Shown here piece by piece: positions 13,001 through 22,579 of a stretch of 25,628 nt of DNA. The position numbers were made by a program, and so were the translations under genes. The notes beneath the pieces were generated by a model that was not told the origin of the DNA, made no database searches, and worked only from the letters and a program-made list of their open reading frames with translations. Origin of the DNA: Utricularia gibba (taxonomy: Eukaryota; Plantae; Magnoliophyta); NCBI GenBank assembly GCA_002189035.1, contig NEEC01000502.1, positions 1-25,628 of the forward strand, in the 5' to 3' direction. Position 1 is the first letter of the stretch. Each line of letters starts with the position of its first letter.

Positions 13001-16000
13001 AAAATGGTTTTCTCAACCGCATGCTTTATATCTGAGGAGGCGCTCTCGTGGGGCAACGGTATCGAGAAGGAGGTCGAGTCGAGCTCGGGCCCATAGTCAT
13101 TTGTGGCTCGGCAAAAAACTTGATGCATTTCTTAACGTTGGGTTTTAATTGGCTGCCTACATGGTTTCTCAAGGAAAAGCTTGTCGTTTTTGGGCGGGTG
13201 ATGTCGTTGTGAACTTCGTTCTGACCCAAGGTTCGGTCTGACTCCTTTTTCCACATCGGGTCCTACTCGACGAAATTCGTGATGCACTTATTGAAGTTAG
13301 GATGTCATAAGCACCCAAAATGGTTTTCTCAACCGCATGCTTTATATCTGAGGAGGCGCTCTCGTGGGGCAACGGTATCGAGAAGGAGGTCGAGTCGAGC
13401 TCGGCCCATGTCATTTGTGGCTCGGCAAAAACTTGATGCATTTTTTAACGTTGGGTTTTAATAGGCTGCCTACATGGTTTCTCAAGGAAAAGCTTGTCGT
13501 TTTTGGGCGGGTGATGTCGTTGTGGACTTCGTTCTGACCCAAGATTCGGTCTGACTCCTTTTTCCACATCGGGTTACTCGACGAAATCGTGATGCACTTA
13601 TTGAAGTTAGGATGTCATAAGCACCCAAAATGGTTTTCTCAACCGCATGCTTTATATCTGAGGAGGCGCTCTCGTGGGGCAACGGTATCGAGAAGGAGGT
13701 CGAGTCGAGCTCGGGCCATAGTCATTTGTAGCTCGGCAAAAAATTGATGCATTTTTAACGTTGGGTTTTAATTGGCTGCCTACATGGTTTCTCAAGGAAA
13801 AGCTTGTCGTTTTTGGGCGGGTGATGTCGTTGTGAACTTCGTTCTGACCAAGGTTCGGTCTGACTCCTTTGCCACATCGGGTCTACTCGACGAAAATCGT
13901 GCACTTATTGAAGTTAGGATGTCATGAGCACCCAAAATGGTTTTCTCAACCGCATGCTTTATATTTGATAAGGCGCTCTCGTGGGGCAACGGTATCGAAG
14001 GAGGTCGAGTCGAGCTCGGCCCATAGTCATTTGTGGCTCGGCAAAAAACTTGATGCATTTCTTAACGTTGGGTTTTAATTGGCTGCCTACATGGTTTCTC
14101 AAGGAAAAGCTTGTCGTTTTTGGGCGGGTGATGTCGTTGTGAACTTCGTTCTGACCCAAGGTTCGGTCTGACTCCTTTTTCCACATCGGGTGCTACTCGA
14201 CGAAAATCGTGATGCACTTATTGAAGTTAGGATGTCATAGCACCCAAAATGGTTTTCTCAACCGCATGCTTTATATAGGCGGCTCTCGTGGGGCAACGGT
14301 ATCGAGAAGGAGGTCGAGTCGAGCTCGGGCCCATAGTCATTTGTGCTCGGCAAAAACTTGATGTATTTTTTAACGTTGGGTTTTAATAGGCTGCCTACAT
14401 GGTTTCTCAAGGAAAAGCTTGTCGTTTTTGGGCGGGTGATGTCGTTGTGACTTCGTTCTGACCCAAGATTCGGTCTGACTCCTTTTTCCACATCGGGTGC
14501 TACTCGACGAAAATCGTGATGCACTTATTGAAGTTAGGATGTCATAAGCCAAAATGGTTTCTCAACGCATGCTTTATATCTGAGGAGGCGCTCTCGTGGG
14601 GCAACGGTATCGAGCAGGAGGTCGAGTCGAGCTCGGGCCCATAGTCATTTGTGGCTCGGCAAAAAACTGATGCATTTCTTAACGTTGGGTTTTAATTGGC
14701 TGCCTACATGGTTTCTCAAGGAAAAGCTTGTCGTTTTTGGGCGGGTGATGTCGTTGTGGACTTCGTTCTGACCCAAGATTCGGTCTGACTCCTTTTTCCA
14801 CATCGGGTCTACTCGACGAAAATCGTGATGCACTTATTGAAGTTAGGATCATAAGCACCCAAAATGGTTTTCTCAACCGCATGCTTTATATCTGAGGAGG
14901 CGCTCTCGTGGGGCAACGGTATCGAGAAGGAGGTCGAGTCGAGCTCGGGCCCATAGTCATTTGTGGCTCGGCAAAAAACTTGATGCATTTCTTAACGTTG
15001 GGTTTTAATTGGCTGCCTACATGGTTTCTCAAGGAAAAGCTTGTCGTTTTTGGGCGGTGATGTCGTTGTGAACTTCGTTCTGACCCAAGGTTCGGTCTGA
15101 CTCCTTTTTCCACATCGGGTCCTACTCGACGAAAATCGTGATGCACTTATTGAAGTTAGGATGTCATAAGCACCCAAAATGTTTTTCTCAACCGCATGCT
15201 TTATATCTGAGGAGGCGCTCTCGTGGGGCAACGGTATCGAGAAGGAGGTCGAGTCGAGCTCGGGCCCATAGTCATTTGTAGCTCGGCAAAAAACTTGATG
15301 CATTTTAACGTTGGGTTTTAATTGGCTGCCTACATGGTTTTTCAAGGAAAAGCTTGTCGTTTTTGGGCGGGTGATGTCGTTGTGAACTTCGTTCTGACCC
15401 AAGGTTCGGTCTGACTCCTTTGCCACATCGGGTCCTACTCGACGAAATCGTGATGCACTTATTGAAGTTAGGATGTCATGAGCACCCAAAATGGTTTTCT
15501 CAACCGCATGCTATATATTTGATAAGGCGCTCTCGTGGGGCAACGGTATCGAGCAGGATTCGAGTCGAGCTCGGCCCATAGTCATTTGTGGCTCGGCAAA
15601 AAACTTGATGCATTTCTTAACGTTGGGTTTTAATTGGCTGCCTACATGGTTTCTCAAGGAAAAGCTTGTCGTTTTTGGGCGGGTGATGTCGTTGTGAACT
15701 TCGTTCTGACCCAAGATTCGGTCTGACTCCTTTTTCCACATCGGGTGCTACTCGACGAAAATCGTGATGCACTTATTGAAGTTAGGATGTCATAAGCACC
15801 CAAAATGGTTTTCTCAACCGCATGCTTTATATCTGAGGAGGCGCTCTCGTGGGGCAACGGTATCGAGAAGGAGGTCGAGTCGAGCTCGGGCCCATAGTCA
15901 TTTGTGGCTCGGCAAAAACTTGATGCATTTTTTTAACGTTGGGTTTTAATAGGCTGCCTACATGGTTTCTCAAGAAAAAAGCTTGTCGTTTTTGGGCGGG

Positions 16001-16934
16001 TGATGTCGTTGTGGAACTTCGTTCTGACCCAAGATTCGGTCTGACTCTTTTTTCCACATCGGGTGCTACTCGACGAAAATCGTGATGCACTTATTGAAGT
16101 TAGGATGTCATAAGCACCCAAAATGGTTTTCTCAACCGCATGCTTTATATCTGAGGAGGCGCTCTCGTGGGCAACGGTATCGAGCAGGAGGTCGAGTCGA
16201 GCTCGGGCCCATAGTCATTTGTGGCTCGGCAAAAAAACTTGATGCATTTCTTAACGTTGGGTTTTAATTGGCTGCCTACATGGTTTCTCAAGGAAAAGCT
16301 TGTCGTTTTTGGGCGGGTGATGTCGTTGTGAACTTCGTTCTGACCCAAGGTTCGGTCTGACTCCTTTTTCCACATCGGGTCTACTCGACGAAAATCGTGA
16401 TGCACTTATTGAAGTTAGGATGTCATAGCACCCAAAATGGTTTTCTCAACCGCATGCTTTATATCTGAGGAGGCGCTCTCGTGGGGCAACGGTATCGAGA
16501 AGGAGGTCGAGTCGAGCTCGGGCCCATAGTCATTTGTGCTCGGCAAAAAACTTGATGCATTTTAACGTTGGGTTTTAATTGGCTGCCTACATGGTTTCTC
16601 AAGGAAAAGCTTGTCGTTTTTGGGCGGTGATGTCGTTGTGAACTTCGTTCTGACCCAAGGTTCGGTCTGACTCCTTTTTCCACATCGGGTCCTACTCGAC
16701 GAAAATCGTGATGCACTTATTGAAGTTAGGATGTCATAGCACCCAAAATGGTTTTCTCAACCGCATGCTTTATTTGAGGAGGCGCTCTCGTGGGGCAACG
16801 GTATCGAGAAGGAGGTCGAGTCGAGCTCGGGCCCATAGTCATTTGTAGCTCGGCAAAAAACTTGATGCATTTCTTAACGTTGGGTTTTAATTGGCTGCCT
16901 ACATGGTTTCTCAAGGAAAAGCTTGTCGTTTTGG
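10079..16934. repeat. Array domain 2: 5-monomer higher-order repeat (~1.55 kb) with one 6-mer
   Basis: Marker GATAAGG occurs at 10543, 12093, 13967, 15521 (steps 1550/1874/1554). Marker GTAGCTC occurs at ~10298, 11850, 13728, 15278, 16845 (steps 1552/1878/1550/1567). Confidence 0.85.
12879..13194. repeat. Representative full-length monomer (316 bp, CGGGTG/CCTTTTTCCAC form)
   Basis: Consecutive landmarks at 12879 and 13195, with no visible deletion relative to the by-eye consensus. Confidence 0.9.
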
Positions 16935-19442
16935 CGGGTGATGTCGTTGTGAACTTCGTTCTGACCCAAGGTTCGGTCTGACTCCTTTTTCCACATCGGG
17001 TCCTACTCGACGAAAATCGTGATGCACTTATTGAAGTTAGGATGTCATAGCACCCAAAATGGTTTTCTCAACCGCATGCTTTATATCTGAGGAGGCGCTC
17101 TCGTGGGGCAACGGTATCGAGAAGGAGGTCGAGTCGAGCTCGGGCCCATAGTCATTTGTGGCTCGGCAAAAAACTTGATGCATTTTTTTAACGTTGGGTT
17201 TTAATTGGCTGCCTACATGGTTTCTCAAGGAAAAGCTTGTCGTTTTTGGGCGGGTGATGTCGTTGTGAACTTCGTTCTGACCCAAGGTTCGGTCTGACTC
17301 CTTTTTCCACATCGGGTCTACTCGACGAAAATCGTGATGCACTTATTGAAGTTAGGATGTCATAAGCACCCAAAATGGTTTTCTCAACCGCATGCTTTAT
17401 ATCTGAGGAGGCGCTCTCGTGGGGCAACGGTATCGAGAGGAGGTCGAGTCGAGCTCGGCCCATAGTCATTTGTGGCTCGGCAAAAAACTTGATGCATTTC
17501 TTAACGTTGGGTTTTAATTGGCTGCCTACATGGTTTCTCAAGGAAAAGCTTGTCGTTTTTGGGCGGGTGATGTCGTTGTGGACTTCGTTCTGACCCAAGA
17601 TTCGGTCTGACTCCTTTTTCCACATCGGGTGCTACTCGACGAAAATCGTGATGCACTTATTGAAGTTAGGATTCATAAGCACCCAAAATGGTTTTCTCAA
17701 CCGCATGCTTTATATCTGAGGAGGCGCTCTCGTGGGGCAACGGTATCGAGAAGGAGGTCGAGTCGAGCTCGGGCCCATAGTCATTTGTGGCTCGGCAAAA
17801 AACTTGATGCATTTCTTAACGTTGGGTTTTAATTGGCTGCCTACATGGTTTCTCAAGGAAAAGCTTGTCGTTTTTGGGCGGTGATGTCGTTGTGAACTTC
17901 GTTCTGACCCAAGGTTCGGTCTGACTCCTTTTTCCACATCGGGTCTACTCGACGAAAATCGTGATGCACTTATTGAAGTTAGGATTCATAAGCACCCAAA
18001 ATGGTTTTCTCAACCGCATGCTTTATATCTGAGGAGGCGCTCTCGTGGGGCAACGGTATCGAGAGGAGGTCGAGTCGAGCTCGGGCCCATAGTCATTTGT
18101 GGCTCGGCAAAAAACTTGATGCATTTCTTAACGTTGGGTTTTAATTGGCTGCCTACATGGTTTCTCAAGGAAAAGCTTGTCGTTTTTGGGCGGTGATGTC
18201 GTTGTGAACTTCGTTCTGACCCAAGGTTCGGTCTGACTCCTTTTTTCCACATCGGGTCCTACTCGACGAAAATCGTGATGCACTTATTGAAGTTAGGATG
18301 TCATAAGCACCCAAAATGGTTTTCTCAACCGCATGCTTTATATCTGAGGAGGCGCTCTCGTGGGGGCAACGGTATCGAGAAGGAGGTCGAGTCGAGCTCG
18401 GGCCCATAGTCATTTGTGCTCGGCAAAAAACTTGATGCATTTTTAACGTTGGGTTTTAATAGGCTGCCTACATGGTTTCTCAAGGAAAAGCTTGTCGTTT
18501 TTGGGCGGTGATGTCGTTGTGAACTTCGTTCTGACCCAAGATTCGGTCTGACTCCTTTTTCCCATCGGGTCTACTCGACGAAAATCGTGATGCACTTATT
18601 GAAGTTAGGATGTCATAAGCACCCAAAATGGTTTTCTCAACCGCATGCTTTATATCTGAGGAGGGCGCTCTCGTGGGCAACGGTATCGAGAAGGAGGTCG
18701 AGTCGAGCTCGGGCCCATAGTCATTTGTGGCTCGGCAAAAAACTTGATGCATTTTTTAACGTTGGGTTTTAATAGGCTGCCTACATGGTTTCTCAAGGAA
18801 AAGCTTGTCGTTTTTGGGCGGGTGATGTCGTTGTGGACTTCGTTCTGACCCAAGATTCGGTCTGACTCCTTTTTCCACATCGGGTCTACTCGACGAAAAT
18901 CGTGATGCACTTATTGAAGTTAGGATGTCATAAGCACCCAAAATGGTTTTCTCAACCGCATGCTTTATATCTGAGGAGGCGCTCTCGTGGGCAACGGTAT
19001 CGAGAGGTCGAGTCGAGCTCGGGCCCATAGTCATTTGTGGCTCGGCAAAAAACTTGATGCATTTCTTAACGTTGGGTTTTAATTGGCTGCCTACATGGTT
19101 TCTCAAGGAAAAGCTTGTCGTTTTTGGGCGGGTGATGTCGTTGTGACTTCGTTCTGACCCAAGATTCGGTCTGACTCCTTTTTCCACATCGGGTGCTACT
19201 CGACGAAAATCGTGATGCACTTATTGAAGTTAGGATTCATAAGCACCCAAAATGGTTTTCTCAACCGCATGCTTTATATCTGAGGAGGCGCTCTCGTGGG
19301 GCAACGGTATCGAGAAGGAGGTCGAGTCGAGCTCGGGCCCATAGTCATTTGTGGCTCGGCAAAAAACTTGATGCATTTCTTAACGTTGGGTTTTAATTGG
19401 CTGCCTACATGGTTTCTCAAGGAAAAGCTTGTCGTTTTTGGG

Positions 19443-19757
19443 CGGTGATGTCGTTGTGAACTTCGTTCTGACCCAAGGTTCGGTCTGACTCCTTTTTCCA
19501 CATCGGGTGCTACTCGACGAAAATCGTGATGCACTTATTGAAGTTAGGATGTCATAAGCACCCAAAATGGTTTTCTCAACCGCATGCTTTATATCTGAGG
19601 AGGCGCTCTCGTGGGGCAACGGTATCGAGAAGGAGGTCGAGTCGAGCTCGGGCCCATAGTCATTTGTGGCTCGGCAAAAAACTTGATGCATTTCTTAACG
19701 TTGGGTTTTAATTGGCTGCCTACATGGTTTCTCAAGGAAAAGCTTGTCGTTTTTGGG
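19443..19757. repeat. Representative 315-bp monomer (CGGTG form)
   Basis: Landmarks at 19443 and 19758. It differs from the 316-bp form by one G in GGGCGG(G)TG, a variant that recurs in many copies. Confidence 0.85.
19513..19735. repeat. Internal diverged subrepeat pair (A: 19513-19579; B: 19670-19735), offset 157 bp, present in every monomer
   Basis: CTCGACGAAAATCGTGATGCACTTATTGAAGTTAGGATGTCATAAGCACCCAAAATGGTTTTCTCAA aligns with CTCGGCAAAAAACTTGATGCATTTCTTAACGTTGGGTTTTAATTGGCTGCCTACATGGTTT-CTCAA at 48/67 identical positions (hand alignment, one gap). Confidence 0.88.
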
Positions 19758-22579
19758 CGGGTGATGTCGTTGTGAACTTCGTTCTGACCCAAGGTTCGGT
19801 CTGACTCCTTTTTCCACATCGGGTCCTACTCGACGAAAATCGTGATGCACTTATTGAAGTTAGGATGTCATAAGCACCCAAAATGTTTTCTCAACCGCAT
19901 GCTTTATATCTGAGGAGGCGCTCTCGTGGGGCAACGGTATCGAGAAGGAGGTCGAGTCGAGCTCGGGCCATAGTCATTTGTGGCTCGGCAAAAAACTTGA
20001 TGCATTTTTTTAACGTTGGTTTTTAATTGGCTGCCTACATGGTTTCTCAAGGAAAAGCTTGTCGTTTTTGGGCGGTGATGTCGTTGTGACTTCGTTCTGA
20101 CCCAAGGTTCGGTCTGACTCCTTTTTCCACATCGGGTGCTACTCGACGAAAATCGTGATGCACTTATTGAAGTTAGGATGTCATAAGCACCCAAAATGGT
20201 TTTCTCAACCGCATGCTTTATATCTGAGGAGGCGCTCTCGTGGGGCAACGGTATCGAGAAGGAGGTCGAGTCGAGCTCGGGCCCATAGTCATTTGTGGCT
20301 CGGCAAAAAACTTGATGCATTTTTTAACGTTGGGTTTTAATAGGCTGCCTACATGGTTTCTCAAGGAAAAGCTTGTCGTTTTTGGGCGGGTGATGTCGTT
20401 GTGACTTCGTTCTGACCCAAGATTCGGTCTGACTCTTTTCCACATCGGTGCTACTCGACGAAAATCGTGATGCACTTATTGAAGTTAGGATGTCATAAGC
20501 ACCCAAAATGGTTTTCTCAACCGCATGCTTTATATCTGAGGAGGCGCTCTCGTGGGGCAACGGTATCGAGAGGAGGTCGAGTCGAGCTCGGGCCCATAGT
20601 CATTTGTGGCTCGGCAAAAAACTTGATGCATTTCTTAACGTTGGGTTTTAATTGGCTGCCTACATGGTTTTCTCAAGGAAAAGCTTGTCGTTTTTGGGCG
20701 GGTGATGTCGTTGTGAACTTCGTTCTGACCCAAGATTCGGTCTGACTCCTTTTCCACATCGGGTGCTACTCGACGAAAATCGTGATGCACTTATTGAAGT
20801 TAGGATTCATAAGCACCCAAAATGGTTTTCTCAACCGCATGCTTTATATCTGAGGAGGCGCTCTCGTGGGGCAACGGTATCGAGAAGGAGGTCGAGTCGA
20901 GCTCGGGCCCATAGTCATTTGTGGCTCGGCAAAAAACTTGATGCATTTCTTAACGTTGGGTTTTAATTGGCTGCCTACATGGTTTCTCAAGGAAAAGCTT
21001 GTCGTTTTTGGGCGGTGATGTCGTTGTGAACTTCGTTCTGACCCAAGGTTCGGTCTGACTCCTTTTTCCACATCGGGTGCTACTCGACGAAAATCGTGAT
21101 GCACTTATTGAAGTTAGGATTCATAAGCACCCAAAATGGTTTTCTCAACCGCATGCTTTATATCTGAGGAGGCGCTCTCGTGGGGCAACGGTATCGAGAA
21201 GGAGGTCGAGTCGAGCTCGGGCCCATAGTCATTTGTGGCTCGGCAAAAAACTTGATGCATTTCTTAACGTTGGGTTTTAATTGGCTGCCTACATGGTTTC
21301 TCAAGGAAAAGCTTGTCGTTTTTGGGCGGGTGATGTCGTTGTGAACTTCGTTCTGACCCAAGTTCGGTCTGACTCCTTTTTCCACATCGGGTCCTACTCG
21401 ACGAAAATCGTGATGCACTTATTGAAGTTAGGATGTCATAAGCACCCAAAATGTTTTTCTCAACCGCATGCTTTATATCTGAGGAGGCGCTCTCGTGGGG
21501 CAACGGTATCGAGAAGGAGGTCGAGTCGAGCTCGGGCCCATAGTCATTTGTGGCTCGGCAAAAAACTTGATGCATTTTTTAACGTTGGGTTTTAATAGGC
21601 TGCCTACATGGTTTCTCAAGGAAAAGCTTGTCGTTTTTGGCGGGTGATGTCGTTGTGAACTTCGTTCTGACCCAAGGTTCGGTCTGACTCCTTTTTCCAC
21701 ATCGGGTCTACTCGACGAAAATCGTGATGCACTTATTGAAGTTAGGATGTCATAAGCACCCAAAATGGTTTTCTCAACCGCATGCTTTATATCTAGGAGG
21801 CGCTCTCGTGGGAACGGTATCGAGAAGGAGGTCGAGTCGAGCTCGGGCCCATAGTCATTTGTGGCTCGGCAAAAAACTTGATGCATTTTTTAACGTTGGG
21901 TTTTAATAGGCTGCCTACATGGTTTCTCAAGGAAAAGCTTGTCGTTTTTGGGCGGGTGATGTCGTTGTGGAACTTCGTTCTGACCCAAGGTTCGGTCTGA
22001 CTCCTTTTTCCACATCGGGCTACTCGACGAAAATCGTGATGCACTTATTGAAGTTAGGATGTCATAAGCACCCAAAATGGTTTTCTCTCAACCGCATGCT
22101 TTATATCTGAGGAGGCGCTCTCGTGGGGCAACGGTATCGAGCAGGAGGTCGAGTCGAGCTCGGGCCCATAGTCATTTGTGGCTCGGCAAAAAACTTGATG
22201 CATTTCTTAACGTTGGGTTTTAATTGGCTGCCTACATGGTTTCTCAAGGAAAAGCTTGTCGTTTTTGGGCGGGTGATGTCGTTGTGACTTCGTTCTGACC
22301 CAAGATTCGGTCTGACTCCTTTTTCCACATCGGGTGCTACTCGACGAAAATCGTGATGCACTTATTGAAGTTAGGATGTCATAAGCACCCAAAATGGTTT
22401 TCTCAACCGCATGCTTTATATCTGAGGAGGCGCTCTCGTGGGGCAACGGTATCGAGAAGGAGGTCGAGTCGAGCTCGGGCCCATAGTCATTTGTGCTCGG
22501 CAAAAAACTTGATGCATTTCTTAACGTTGGGTTTTAATTGGCTGCCTACATGGTTTCTCAAGGAAAAGTCGTTTTTGGG

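Larger units (their letters stand above)
17251..22579. repeat. Array domain 3: second 5-monomer higher-order repeat (~1.57 kb)
   Basis: CAAGATTC+GGGTGCTAC+GGATTCAT monomers start at 17564, 19129, 20699 (steps 1565/1570). An identical 67-aa ORF recurs at 17629, 19193, 20763. AATAGG occurs at 18771, 20339, 21905. Confidence 0.75.

Noticed and set aside
12879-13194. 5S rDNA unit (a ~120-bp gene plus spacer is often about this size)
   Set aside because: Neither strand aligns with plant or animal 5S rRNA as I recall them, beyond a chance TCAGAAC.
12879-13194. Cluster of 6-bp palindromes (SphI, SacI, ApaI, NsiI, AclI, HindIII sites) suggesting a synthetic polylinker
   Set aside because: Six per 316 bp is close to the ~5 expected by chance, and they are dispersed rather than arranged as a polylinker.
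12879-13194. Telomere-like motifs (TTAGG, TTTTTGGG) or a CENP-B box
   Set aside because: The telomere-like motifs are single short matches expected by chance. The TTCG and CGGG elements are not spaced as in NTTCGNNNNANNCGGGN.
10079-16934. An 11-monomer (~3.43 kb) super-repeat
   Set aside because: The steps are 5, 6, 5, 5. The 6-mer occurs only once, so a single insertion explains the pattern.
19595-19640. Hammerhead ribozyme core (CTGAGGA fits CUGANGA)
   Set aside because: No GAAA follows a plausible stem II (the sequence is CGAGAAGG), and the minus-strand consensus has no CTGA.
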